IMG/VR virus record: IMGVR_UViG_3300042886_000261 | Location: 42,751 to 106,750 of that record | DNA length: 64,000 bases | Reading direction: 5' to 3' (one strand) | From: a virus | Part shown: positions 8,494-18,601 of the stretch, one piece after another | Numbering within the stretch: the stretch's first letter is position 1 | How the letters are laid out: each line of letters begins with the position of its first letter | Position numbers and translations under genes: made by a program | Notes under the pieces: generated by a model | Seen by the model: only the letters and a program-made list of their open reading frames with translations | What the model was told of the DNA's origin: nothing | The model's database searches: none

Positions 8494-9747
8494 ATGAAAG
8501 AGACATTATTTATAGAGATGGAGATTGCAAATGGTGATTGGTATGATAATCATGATATAAACTCTTTATCTTTTAGGTTTGATATAGATACTAAAATATG
8601 TGATTTTGATAATGTGAATGATAATAAAATATTTAACACAGTATCAACAGGTTATATACCTACATTAAATGATAAATTATATTTTGCAAAAGGAGTTAAT
8701 ATTCCAAGAGTAAAACTTAAAAATCTTGCAAAAGATTACAAAATTAAATCTACTACTAATTTAACAGATGCATCAGCAATTTTTGTTTCAGAAAATAGTA
8801 ATTCAAAATACACAACTTGTCAATGGACATATACTGTTGATACTGTTGAGTTTAAACAATATTTTGAAAATTATTTAGCTTTAAACTTAGGTGATGATTA
8901 TTATAATCAAAAAGTAATAGATGCATTAGAATTTTATACTGAAGAATCAATTGGAGTTTCATATAATACAAGAGGTTTTCTTGAAAGTTCACATATTCCA
9001 TTTAGATTAACATCTGGTACTAGTTATTCTTCTAAAAGATATAATAAAATACAAGATGAATATCTTAGTGCTTATAATGAAATAAATAATTCAACTCTAC
9101 CAGTATATGATGAATCAGAATTACTAAAACACCTTAATGGAAATGAGGCATTAGGTATTGATTCTGATATGTATGATAGCTTGTGTGAAATGTTTAATAG
9201 TTCTGATACTGATAATCACACAATGGCTATGGAAATCATGGCTAATTCAAATTTTGAAGACAGTGTGTTATATCTTAGTTTACTATTTTATTCATACTCT
9301 GGTCAAATGCAGCAATGTAGAAGTAAAGGACATGTAAATTTTAAATCATTATTATCTCTAATGACATTACCAAGTTCATATTTTAGAATGAATATTGATG
9401 ATGTTATGGATAAACTGAAAAAGCATAAACAATTAACTAAAGAAAATGTTGACATAGTGCTAAAGCTCCACGGGGATGATATAACTGATGGAGGTAATTC
9501 TTTATATTTTAGAGTAAAAACTATTACTTTATGTACTGAATATCTTGAAGTTATGGATTTTAATTATACTTTTGTAGTGCAAGAAGATTTTGTTGCATCA
9601 TCCCCAGAAATTGAATTACCTGATTTAGAAGAAGAAGCAGTTGTTGCATCTATTGCAACAGAACCTGAAAAGATAGATAAAGTCTTAATTGACTTTGATA
9701 ATGTGAATCTAGAATTAAAAACAAACACTGATGGCTATTTCTTATAA
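8494..9747 (+). CDS. hypothetical protein
   Basis: 417-aa ORF; contains the motif shared with 5621-6028; acidic tail. Confidence 0.75.
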   Translation: MKETLFIEMEIANGDWYDNHDINSLSFRFDIDTKICDFDNVNDNKIFNTVSTGYIPTLNDKLYFAKGVNIPRVKLKNLAKDYKIKSTTNLTDASAIFVSENSNSKYTTCQWTYTVDTVEFKQYFENYLALNLGDDYYNQKVIDALEFYTEESIGVSYNTRGFLESSHIPFRLTSGTSYSSKRYNKIQDEYLSAYNEINNSTLPVYDESELLKHLNGNEALGIDSDMYDSLCEMFNSSDTDNHTMAMEIMANSNFEDSVLYLSLLFYSYSGQMQQCRSKGHVNFKSLLSLMTLPSSYFRMNIDDVMDKLKKHKQLTKENVDIVLKLHGDDITDGGNSLYFRVKTITLCTEYLEVMDFNYTFVVQEDFVASSPEIELPDLEEEAVVASIATEPEKIDKVLIDFDNVNLELKTNTDGYFL

Positions 9748-10738
9748 TGAAGAATTAAATCAATTTTATAATAGTGACTTTTATTTTAGTTACTCAAGTA
9801 TTAATAAGCTGCTGTATTCACCGGCAGCTTTTTATAGACACTATATCTTAAATCAAAGAGAAGATATGGTTGATGCTCATTTAGTAGCAGGGAAAGTAGT
9901 ACATTGTTTACTACTTGAACCAAAGAATTTTGATAAAGAATTCATAGTAATACCTGGTAATCTTCCAAAAGATAACAACAGGTTATTAGTAGATGAAGTC
10001 TTTAAGGTTTATCAATCACAACCTGATACTGATTTAACATTAACTGATTTCTCTGATTCAATAATTGATGTACTTGCAGGTATTAACTTGTATCAGTCAT
10101 TAAAAAATGATGAAGGTAGAATTGCAAAAATGACAACTGAACAGAATATGCAGTACTTTGAATTTTTAAAAGTAAAGCAAGGTAAAACTATTGTGGATCA
10201 AACCACACTAGACACAGCAAAAGAATCTGTAGAGTTATTAAGAAAGCATCCAATTGTGAGTGAGTTGATGCAACTTAATGGTGATATAGATGAGAATGTT
10301 AAGATCTTTAATGAAGAAGGTGTACAGATAAAATCAAGTAAGTATAAATTTGGTTTTAAAGGTATCTTAGATAATGTAGTCATGGACTATAATACTAAGA
10401 CTTTATTTATTAATGACTTAAAAACAACTGGTAAACCTATTCAGGATTTTCCAGACTCAGTGCAATATTATAAATATTGGATACAGGCCGTCATGTATAA
10501 ACAGTTGAGTTTGGGTAAATATCTTAAAGGTTTACCTGATATGGCTGAATGGAAAATTGTTATTACTTTTATTGTGATTGATAAAGCTAATTTAATTTAT
10601 CCTTTTCAAGTATCAACAGAAACATTAAAGGTGTGGGAAGAAAATTTTAAAGAGATATTGACAGTTGTAGACTATCATTATACTAATAAGGATTTTACTC
10701 TTCCATATCAATTAGCAACCGGTAATGTAAAACTATAA
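9731..10738 (+). CDS. PD-(D/E)XK exonuclease (DUF3799/RecE-like)
   Basis: SYSSINKLL, G..VHCLLLEP, KGILD…INDLKTT, YWIQAVMY. Confidence 0.75.
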   Translation: MAISYNEELNQFYNSDFYFSYSSINKLLYSPAAFYRHYILNQREDMVDAHLVAGKVVHCLLLEPKNFDKEFIVIPGNLPKDNNRLLVDEVFKVYQSQPDTDLTLTDFSDSIIDVLAGINLYQSLKNDEGRIAKMTTEQNMQYFEFLKVKQGKTIVDQTTLDTAKESVELLRKHPIVSELMQLNGDIDENVKIFNEEGVQIKSSKYKFGFKGILDNVVMDYNTKTLFINDLKTTGKPIQDFPDSVQYYKYWIQAVMYKQLSLGKYLKGLPDMAEWKIVITFIVIDKANLIYPFQVSTETLKVWEENFKEILTVVDYHYTNKDFTLPYQLATGNVKL

Positions 10739-10743
10739 CAATT

Positions 10744-11313
10744 ATGAGTATTAGTGCGCTTTATAAAAATTACTTTCAAAAATCCAAGATATTTGTATAT
10801 CCACTCTTGGGCATTAAAAAAGGTTCAAGTGTTACTCCAGTTCAAACATATTTTGGCTGGAATGATTATGTAAAACCTGAGGATATGAAATTAGTAGCAA
10901 TTTTTCATGAAAGAAAAGATCAAGATTATCTGAATTTTGAGAAAAATGTACTATTAAAACACAATAGACTAAGTGATTATATTAAACTGAATGATACTGA
11001 GGTATTATATACATTTGATTTTTCTGACATGAAAGATGATTGGATGCATTTAATCAATGGTAAATACAGTAAGATGAATCCTACAGTTAAGCGCAAAATA
11101 AGAGACCATTTTGATAAGAATGGCAGCAATTTCATGTATATGGATAGTTTTTTATTTCCTGAAAAGTATTTTAATATTTATTCTGAGTTACTTGGTATAT
11201 CAGAAGAGACATTAAGAGATGTAGGAGAATTATGTACTATACCAGACATGGAAAAAGAAATATTAATAGTAAATGTAGAAGAATTACAAAAGTTAAATAA
11301 AGATTTAAAATAA
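10744..11313 (+). CDS. hypothetical protein
   Basis: 189-aa ORF, co-oriented and tightly packed. Confidence 0.7.
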   Translation: MSISALYKNYFQKSKIFVYPLLGIKKGSSVTPVQTYFGWNDYVKPEDMKLVAIFHERKDQDYLNFEKNVLLKHNRLSDYIKLNDTEVLYTFDFSDMKDDWMHLINGKYSKMNPTVKRKIRDHFDKNGSNFMYMDSFLFPEKYFNIYSELLGISEETLRDVGELCTIPDMEKEILIVNVEELQKLNKDLK

Positions 11314-11318
11314 AAATT

Positions 11319-11705
11319 ATGACAGGAGAAAACACAATGACATTAATTAGTTCAGAATGGAATGGTCACAGTACATTTAGAATGATACCAGTATCTAATG
11401 ATTCACCTTATGTAGAATGTATTTATGATTTGACATCAGGGTTATTTGTTATTATAGGTAAAGTAACTAAAACTACATTACACATGTTACCAAAACTAGA
11501 TGAAAATGGAGACCCTACTGCTACTAAAGCATTGAGACCTAATGGTAGAAATGTAAAAGAAGAAAGAGTGTCAAGTGAAACATTTCAAGAGTACTACTTA
11601 GATAACAAGTTAGATATTAAAAATCTTATTAACTTTATAGGTATTAATTCTAAAGAGTTTGACTTTCAGACTACACTTGATAAAGCAGTACAACCTGCAA
11701 AATAA
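11319..11705 (+). CDS. hypothetical protein
   Basis: 128-aa ORF followed by a terminator. Confidence 0.7.
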   Translation: MTGENTMTLISSEWNGHSTFRMIPVSNDSPYVECIYDLTSGLFVIIGKVTKTTLHMLPKLDENGDPTATKALRPNGRNVKEERVSSETFQEYYLDNKLDIKNLINFIGINSKEFDFQTTLDKAVQPAK

Positions 11706-11715
11706 TTAAATAATT

Positions 11716-11748
11716 CACAGAGTGTCATTACTGATGCTCTGTGTTTTT
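11716..11748 (+). terminator. Rho-independent terminator
   Basis: CACAGAGTGTCA-TTAC-TGATGCTCTGTG 12-bp stem (two G-U pairs) plus TTTTT. Confidence 0.75.
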
Positions 11749-11785
11749 AACTAAATAGGGGAAACAGCTTAACTGAATAATAAAT

Positions 11786-13786
11786 ATGGGAGAGATTACA
11801 AAAACACATTGGGTCATGGACCTAGAAACTCTTAGCAATTGCTTTATAGCTTGTTTTGAAAGTGTTAAATCAGATGAAAGATATGTATTTGTAATGCATG
11901 ATTTACAGAATGACTGGGATGAGTTTATTGCATTTTTAGAAAGAAATATATTATATGATGAATGGCATGTATCTTATAATGGATTAGGATTTGATGGTCA
12001 GATAACTGAATATATAATTCAGAATGCTGAAAGTTTATCTTATATGTCAGGTAGTGAGATTGCAGAATGGGTTTACAGTAAAGCACAACATGTAATCAAT
12101 AAGCAAAGTAATGGAGAATTTCTAGATTTTTATGAAAAGACTATGAGTGTTAAGCAAGTAGATGTCTTTAAGTTAAATCATTGGGATAATCCTGCTAAAA
12201 GAAGCTCACTAAAGTGGATTCAGTATAGTATGGATTGGGAAAGCATACAGGATATGCCTATACACCATACTACCAAAGTGACCACATTTGATCAGATTGA
12301 TGAGATAATTGGTTATTGTTGGAATGATGTAAAGTCAACTAAGCGTATAATGATGCTTAGTAAAAGTCAAATTGCTTTAAGGAAAACATTAACTGAGGAG
12401 TATAATATTCCTTTATTCAGTGCATCTGAGCCAAGAATTAGTAAAGAGTTATTTTTACATTTCTTGAGTGAGAGTACTGGTATTAAAAAGTATGACTTAA
12501 GACAATTAAGAACTAAAAGAGAAAGTATTACAGTAAAAGATATAATACTTGATTATACTGAATTTAAAACTGCAACATTTCAAAAACTATTAACAAGATT
12601 TAATGAAATAATTGTATATCCAGAAAACACAAAAGGAGGATTTAAATATAGTCTGAACTATAAAGGTGTTAAAACTGATTTTGGTTTAGGTGGTATTCAT
12701 GGTGCAAGGAAGAGTGGTATATATGAGTCTAGTAAGGATGTTATTATTATGTCAAGTGATGTAGTATCATATTATCCCAACTTAGCAATCAGAAATGGTT
12801 GGTCTCCAGCACATTTACCAAAAGCAGAATTTTGTGAGTTATATGAATGGTTCTTTAATGAAAGAAAAAAGATAAGTAAAAAAGATGTAAGGAATTATGT
12901 ATATAAGATTATTCTTAATTCAACTTATGGATTAAGTAATGATGCTAATAGTTTTCTGTATGACCCAGAGTTTACTATGCAAATTACAATTAATGGCCAG
13001 TTAAGTTTATGCATGCTATATGAGATGATATGTGAGGAGATTCCTGATGCATATCCTTTGATGCAAAATACTGATGGTCTAGAAACTATTATACCTAGAG
13101 AATATCAAGATAAGTATCTAGAGATTTGCAATAGATGGGAAAAGATAACTAATCTTCAATTAGAACATGATACTTATAGTAAAATGATTCTTGGAGATGT
13201 AAATAACTACATAGCAATACATGATTATAAACTTGTTGATAAAGATAGATATAATGAAATGAAGCAAGAGAATCCGCATTATCTTTTTAAAGAAGGAAAT
13301 GGTACGTTCTATTATGCTGCAACTAAGTGTAAAGGTAGATTTGAGTTTAATAATCTGGCCTTACATAAGAATAAAAGTTTTTTAATTATACCAAGAGCAA
13401 TATATTATCATTTTGTACACGGTATTAAACCTGAAGCTTTTCTACTTACTCAGACTAATGTGTATGATTATTGTGGAGGAGTTAAGATAAAAGGTGACTG
13501 GGAATTTATTGAAGAAAAAATAGAAATGTCTGAATATTCAGCTACAAAACTACAGCAGACTATTAGATATTATATATCTGAGAAAGGGTCTAAAATTATT
13601 AAGACAAATAAAACTGATGGTAGAAAGATACAAGTTGAAAGTGGTAAGTGGATGCAAACTGTATTCATTAACTATGTAGAGAAACCTTTTGATGAATATT
13701 TAATTAATAAGCAATTCTATTTACAGAAAATCAATAAAGAAATTAACCAGTTAGCACCAAATAGTAATCAATTAAAATTATTTTAA
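11786..13786 (+). CDS. polB: family B DNA polymerase with 3'-5' exonuclease
   Basis: ExoI MDLET, ExoII YNGLGFD, ExoIII YCWND; motif A DVVSYYP, motif B KIILNSTYG, motif C NTDG. Confidence 0.92.
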   Translation: MGEITKTHWVMDLETLSNCFIACFESVKSDERYVFVMHDLQNDWDEFIAFLERNILYDEWHVSYNGLGFDGQITEYIIQNAESLSYMSGSEIAEWVYSKAQHVINKQSNGEFLDFYEKTMSVKQVDVFKLNHWDNPAKRSSLKWIQYSMDWESIQDMPIHHTTKVTTFDQIDEIIGYCWNDVKSTKRIMMLSKSQIALRKTLTEEYNIPLFSASEPRISKELFLHFLSESTGIKKYDLRQLRTKRESITVKDIILDYTEFKTATFQKLLTRFNEIIVYPENTKGGFKYSLNYKGVKTDFGLGGIHGARKSGIYESSKDVIIMSSDVVSYYPNLAIRNGWSPAHLPKAEFCELYEWFFNERKKISKKDVRNYVYKIILNSTYGLSNDANSFLYDPEFTMQITINGQLSLCMLYEMICEEIPDAYPLMQNTDGLETIIPREYQDKYLEICNRWEKITNLQLEHDTYSKMILGDVNNYIAIHDYKLVDKDRYNEMKQENPHYLFKEGNGTFYYAATKCKGRFEFNNLALHKNKSFLIIPRAIYYHFVHGIKPEAFLLTQTNVYDYCGGVKIKGDWEFIEEKIEMSEYSATKLQQTIRYYISEKGSKIIKTNKTDGRKIQVESGKWMQTVFINYVEKPFDEYLINKQFYLQKINKEINQLAPNSNQLKLF

Positions 13787-13787
13787 A

Positions 13788-14978
13788 ATGGCAATAAGAA
13801 CTAAAGACTGCACAAAAGAATATTTAACTAGTGTAGCATTACCAAATCATGCAGAGTCATATACTGTTATCTCACATGAATTTATTATTAATCATACCAT
13901 GGAGCAATTAACTCTCCATGGTTTTACTGTAGAGAAAGAGACATACAGATCTAATTCTGATGGCTCTATTGCTCAAGGCATATATTATATTAACTATGAT
14001 AAAGATCCTGAGATAGGATTAATGTTTGCATGGTCTAATAGTTATAATAAACTAATGAGATTTAAGTGTGCAATGGGAGGTTATGTATTTATATGTATGA
14101 ATGGTATAGTATCCGGAGATATGGGTTCATATGGAAGAAAACATCTTGGAACTGCAGACACTGAAACTGTCAAAGCAATCATTGAGCAAATTAGTAATGC
14201 AGATATATACTTTGACAGAATTGTAGCTGATAAAGATACAATGAAGAAAATTACTATTACTGAAAGAAAACAAGCTGAATTATTGGGTATATTATACGCA
14301 GAGTATGAACTTCTTACTAATGAGCAGATAAGTATTGTAAAACAACAAATGGATAAACCAAGTTATGACTACAACTGTGAGATAAATTCATTGTGGGCAT
14401 TCTATAATCATGTTACTTATGCATTGAAAAAATCACATCCTAGAGACTGGATGGATGACCAGAGAAAATTTCACTGGTTTGTTGCATTTGAATTTGATTT
14501 AGCTAACTTTATTGAAGGTGCTGAATTAGTTCCTGTAGATCAATTAGAGTTAAACTATGGGCAACCTGAGAATCAGTTAAATATTCTTACTGAAATAGAA
14601 AAAGCTGAAGAAGAAGCTGAGTTATTACAAGTTGTTGAAGAAAGAGAAAAAGCTGAAAGAGATGTTGTATGGTATGAGGATCCAGCAGGTAATACTTTTG
14701 AAGCACCTATAGTAGAAACTCAAGTAGAAAGACTATCTTTAGATGATATTATTATCAGGATACCAAATGCTGAGAAAAAAGCACTTGAAGCAACACTTGA
14801 AGTAGAAGAGGTTAAACCTGCTGAAGCTAAAGAACTTATACAGTTACAAGAAAAGTTAGATAAAAGAGAAATTGAAGTTATAGCAAAAAATATATTAGAT
14901 GATGATGATTTTAATTTTGATCTTGATTTTGATGATGCTAATAAAGATGACACATTAGGAGGAGAATTCTTCTTATAA
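13788..14978 (+). CDS. DUF932/DUF945-like protein with long acidic C-terminal extension
   Basis: SNSYNK…GGYVFICMNG and SLWAFYNHVT motifs; E/D-rich tail. Confidence 0.55.
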   Translation: MAIRTKDCTKEYLTSVALPNHAESYTVISHEFIINHTMEQLTLHGFTVEKETYRSNSDGSIAQGIYYINYDKDPEIGLMFAWSNSYNKLMRFKCAMGGYVFICMNGIVSGDMGSYGRKHLGTADTETVKAIIEQISNADIYFDRIVADKDTMKKITITERKQAELLGILYAEYELLTNEQISIVKQQMDKPSYDYNCEINSLWAFYNHVTYALKKSHPRDWMDDQRKFHWFVAFEFDLANFIEGAELVPVDQLELNYGQPENQLNILTEIEKAEEEAELLQVVEEREKAERDVVWYEDPAGNTFEAPIVETQVERLSLDDIIIRIPNAEKKALEATLEVEEVKPAEAKELIQLQEKLDKREIEVIAKNILDDDDFNFDLDFDDANKDDTLGGEFFL

Positions 14979-15022
14979 AGACACTTGCTCCAAGGGAGTA
15001 TAGTTAAACAAATATATCAATT

Positions 15023-15050
15023 AAGGGATGCAGAAATGTGTCCCTTTTTT
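15023..15050 (+). terminator. Rho-independent terminator 1 at the convergence point
   Basis: AAGGGATGCA-GAAA-TGTGTCCCTT plus T-run. Confidence 0.75.
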
Positions 15051-15088
15051 AAACTTGATATATTTAAATTAAAAAGATTTAAACTTAT

Positions 15089-15122
15089 AGGAGAGGGCCA
15101 CAACGGCTCTCTCCTTTTTTTT
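15089..15122 (+). terminator. Rho-independent terminator 2 at the convergence point (possibly bidirectional)
   Basis: AGGAGAGGGCC-ACAAC-GGCTCTCTCCT plus T-run; abuts the stop of the last minus-strand gene. Confidence 0.8.
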
Positions 15123-15123
15123 C

Positions 15124-15258
15124 CTACTTGCCTTGACCTCTATATCCTTTTTTATAGAGCTTTGATTTCTTAAGCTTAGATGTACCATTCTTAGAGTGTA
15201 CACCTGGTCTTGATACTTTTGCTGAAGTACCTGCACTTCCTGTTGCTTTATTAGCCAT
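15124..15258 (-). CDS. 44-aa basic peptide (not in ORF track), possible nucleic-acid-binding virion peptide
   Basis: MANKATGSAGTSAKVSRPGVHSKNGTSKLKKSKLYKKGYRGQGK*; starts 7 nt after the 1105-aa gene and ends at the terminator. Confidence 0.7.
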   Translation of the reverse strand: MANKATGSAGTSAKVSRPGVHSKNGTSKLKKSKLYKKGYRGQGK

Positions 15259-15265
15259 TGTTAAT

Positions 15266-18200
15266 TTATTTTAATAGTGTAGATTTGAATGATTTAACTG
15301 CTGCTTCTGGAGTAAAGTTATATCCAGAGAAACCCATTAGTTTAAGAAAGTATGCCCAAGATTTATTATCACCTTTATTCCATACACCTTCTTTTCTTTG
15401 ATAATTTAATTTTTCAGGATCCCATGTTAGGAAAAATTGACTAACAAATTTTGTCATTCTTTCTACTGTACTAACCATAGCTGATGGAGATTTAACAGTA
15501 CGGTAAGCATCTTGAGGAGATATATATGCTGCAGTCTCAGATTGCATTCTAGATAATTCATATAGCATAAAGTTATATGCATATCCTTTTTTCTCATCAT
15601 CATCATCACCAAATGCATGCATTAATAACATTATAAAAGCAGTTGTTCCAAATATGATTACTGTTTCAGCCATTACTCTTTTAATTTGTGCTTTTTCAAA
15701 AGGAGTATATGTTGACCAGTTCTGCATCATGTTAAGTTTCATTTTAGATAAATCTTTTAACATTGTATTATAAAAAGTCATATAGTAACCTTCAGTTACA
15801 GCACCAAGTTCTTGATCTGCTTTAAGTCTTCCCCATCTTCTTTTATAACCAGGTAAAAGATGTTTTCTATACATGATAGCTAATCTACCTACTGAATATC
15901 TTTGTGCTGTACCTTTATCAAATTCATTATAAACCCCGTGTAATTTTTTACTTATTGCATGTATTCTATCTTGTAAATCAAGTTTCTTTTTATTAGTAAA
16001 ATCTGTATTTTTTTCAATTTCTTCAAGACCATATTTAGTATATGCTTCTAAAAGAGAAATTGTTTCTCCAGTATTAGTATCAGTAACTTTAGTTGCTTCC
16101 ATTAATGCAAACATTGCAGATACTTGTATCTCATGCTCACCAAAATGCTGATTAAAGAATAGTGTATCAGTTCTCATTAACTTAGCAAATACACTACCTG
16201 AAACATTTTTACCATACTGATCCTTATAGTTACCTTGTAATGCATCATAATGATTTACAAGATTACCTACTAGTGATTCAGCTGTTGGTTTACCAAAATC
16301 AGAAAGAAATGAGGTTAAGTTTTTTGCATAATACAATTTACCTTTTCTTAAATCTTTTTTGCTAAAAAATTCAGATGAGTTAGCTTCAATAATTAATTGG
16401 ATATTACCTTGTAAATTATTTGCCATACCTTTAAGTAAATCTGCAGCAATACTTGTTATAGCAGAATAACCTAATGCAAGATTTGTTAATTTACCCATAG
16501 AGTAATTCCCAAGTATCTCAGCATTTTGCATTTCATTATATAATTGCATATTTATAAATGCATCAACATGTCTTTTAGAATTTGCTTCACCTTGTTTTTT
16601 AATATTAGATTTAATTCCAAGTTTATTTGCAAGAGAATCTAATACAGCAACACCTTTAGAATTAGTTTCAGCAACTTCTCTATCTCCTATTATAGCTTTA
16701 AACATTGATGTTTCTGCTGAGATATTATTTACTGCTTCATATTTATTTGCCATTTGAGAGTAAAGTTCTACAGATCTTATTAAATCTAAACTTACTTCAT
16801 CAGCATCCATATCTTGAGTGTAGTATACAGGTATAAACTTTGCACCTTCATCAGCTAAATTTGAAAGATTAAAATCAGTTTCATCACCTCTTATAGATGT
16901 CACATCTTTAATTTTATCTTTTATAACACTTTTAATACTACTTCTTTCTATACTACGTTTATGTATTGATGGTAATATATAACCTCTTTTTTGAGCATCA
17001 GGTACCTTTTCTTGAGCATCAAGATATAGATTTAATAAAAATGAATGATATTCCCCTTTAGCATTTTTAGGTTTATCATTTTTATCATATAGTGCTTCCC
17101 ATTTTTTATTAAGATACATATCAGCTGGCTCACTAAATTCTTTCATATAAATCTTAGTACCATCTTTTTTAATCTGTAAAACAGATTTATGCCATTTATC
17201 ATAATCCTCTTGATTCCAAATACCATTATTTACTAATTTATTTTTTTCAAGCAGAATCTTATCAATTTCCTCATCACTTTTCTTTTGTGCATTTTTAGCA
17301 TACCAGTCTCTTAATATAGTAGATTTATTTGCTTCAAAATTAGAGTTTGCTATTATTTCTGCATCAGTTGGATTAGGTCCTAATTTAGTAGCACTATATA
17401 ATTTATTTTGTGCTTCATTATATTTATTAATATCATATTTTTGTACAAAAGCCATTCTTTTAGTAATTGTTGGCTCACCATTATTATTTTTACCATGAGA
17501 TATTAATTCTTCATATAATCCTTCATTAAATTTAGCTGGAGTATCTCTACTTTCTGATTGACTATCTTTATATTTTGTAAATTGCTTACCTGCAAGTTTT
17601 GCTATATCTATATCTAATTGTCTTGCTCCTTCAAATTCTGTTTTAATAGCTTTTGCAAATAACCCTAGTGAAGCATCTTCATTAGATATTAATGGGCCAA
17701 ACCAAAATTCTAAAGCACCTTCATCTCTAGATGCAAATTTTAACAATTCTTCCATTGACTCTTGAGTCTGTGTAAAAGATTGAAATTTAGCAATTCTTTC
17801 TGTTATAGCCTTAATTTTTTTATCATTAGGTTTTGCAGATGTTTTTTCAGCTTCTAATTTTTTTACTAATTCAACTAATTCTTTATTGATTGCATCATCT
17901 ATACTTAGTGATTTATAATTAAGTAAAAATGAGGCCATTAAAGGTATACCTTGTTTTATATATTGTTCTTTAACTGCTTTTCTTATTGAAATTGCATCTG
18001 TCAACATTTCTCTTATAGTCTTACCTGTTTTTTCAGAGACTTCTTCTTCTCCTTCTTTTGCAGTAAAGAAACTATATATGTCAGCTTTAGAGATTTCATC
18101 AAGAATATTATAACTATTAGCAAAAGTATTTAAATTAGTAAGTTCAACAATTCTATCTTTTTTAAACTTATCTGTACCATCATCTTTTTTATTAATGATA

Positions 18201-18583
18201 GCTTTCATTAATTTTTCAATTTCTAAAGCTTTATCATAGCTGTCTTTAACAAACATGTTAATAGAATTAATACCTTCTAGATGTCTAAATTCATCAGTTA
18301 ATTTTTTTTGTCTTTCTTCTTTTGCTGTTTGATTAATTAATTTTTGACCTTGAAGTATTTTTAATTGTTTTTCTAAATGCACCCAAATTTTATCTACCAT
18401 AGTAGATATATCATCTTTTTTTACTTCAGAAGTATCAGCTAATTCAACATCAGGTATATAATTTAAATCTTTATTTAAATCAAAACCCTGTCTAATCCAC
18501 TCTTCTTCAGCTCTAGTATCATTACCATTTGCTTCATTAAGTATTTTTATATACTCCTTACTGGTTTTAATTGGGCAATACAT
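15266..18583 (-). CDS. large virion cargo/ejection protein with C-terminal hydrophobic helix
   Basis: Last large gene of the vRNAP cluster; hydrophobic VMAETVIIFGTTAFIMLLMHAFG; only Cys is residue 3. Confidence 0.65.
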   Translation of the reverse strand: MYCPIKTSKEYIKILNEANGNDTRAEEEWIRQGFDLNKDLNYIPDVELADTSEVKKDDISTMVDKIWVHLEKQLKILQGQKLINQTAKEERQKKLTDEFRHLEGINSINMFVKDSYDKALEIEKLMKAIINKKDDGTDKFKKDRIVELTNLNTFANSYNILDEISKADIYSFFTAKEGEEEVSEKTGKTIREMLTDAISIRKAVKEQYIKQGIPLMASFLLNYKSLSIDDAINKELVELVKKLEAEKTSAKPNDKKIKAITERIAKFQSFTQTQESMEELLKFASRDEGALEFWFGPLISNEDASLGLFAKAIKTEFEGARQLDIDIAKLAGKQFTKYKDSQSESRDTPAKFNEGLYEELISHGKNNNGEPTITKRMAFVQKYDINKYNEAQNKLYSATKLGPNPTDAEIIANSNFEANKSTILRDWYAKNAQKKSDEEIDKILLEKNKLVNNGIWNQEDYDKWHKSVLQIKKDGTKIYMKEFSEPADMYLNKKWEALYDKNDKPKNAKGEYHSFLLNLYLDAQEKVPDAQKRGYILPSIHKRSIERSSIKSVIKDKIKDVTSIRGDETDFNLSNLADEGAKFIPVYYTQDMDADEVSLDLIRSVELYSQMANKYEAVNNISAETSMFKAIIGDREVAETNSKGVAVLDSLANKLGIKSNIKKQGEANSKRHVDAFINMQLYNEMQNAEILGNYSMGKLTNLALGYSAITSIAADLLKGMANNLQGNIQLIIEANSSEFFSKKDLRKGKLYYAKNLTSFLSDFGKPTAESLVGNLVNHYDALQGNYKDQYGKNVSGSVFAKLMRTDTLFFNQHFGEHEIQVSAMFALMEATKVTDTNTGETISLLEAYTKYGLEEIEKNTDFTNKKKLDLQDRIHAISKKLHGVYNEFDKGTAQRYSVGRLAIMYRKHLLPGYKRRWGRLKADQELGAVTEGYYMTFYNTMLKDLSKMKLNMMQNWSTYTPFEKAQIKRVMAETVIIFGTTAFIMLLMHAFGDDDDEKKGYAYNFMLYELSRMQSETAAYISPQDAYRTVKSPSAMVSTVERMTKFVSQFFLTWDPEKLNYQRKEGVWNKGDNKSWAYFLKLMGFSGYNFTPEAAVKSFKSTLLK

Positions 18584-18601
18584 ATTGTTTAGAATTTTTA
18601 A

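Noticed and set aside
8411-11767. Inverted 9-mer pair CTGTTTCCC (8411-8419) / GGGAAACAG (11759-11767) in intergenic DNA as an invertible segment
   Set aside because: Too short, no recombinase in the window, and all enclosed genes are co-oriented with their neighbours
14985-15173. 62-aa + strand ORF
   Set aside because: TTG start, runs through two terminator hairpins and overlaps a more credible minus-strand peptide gene
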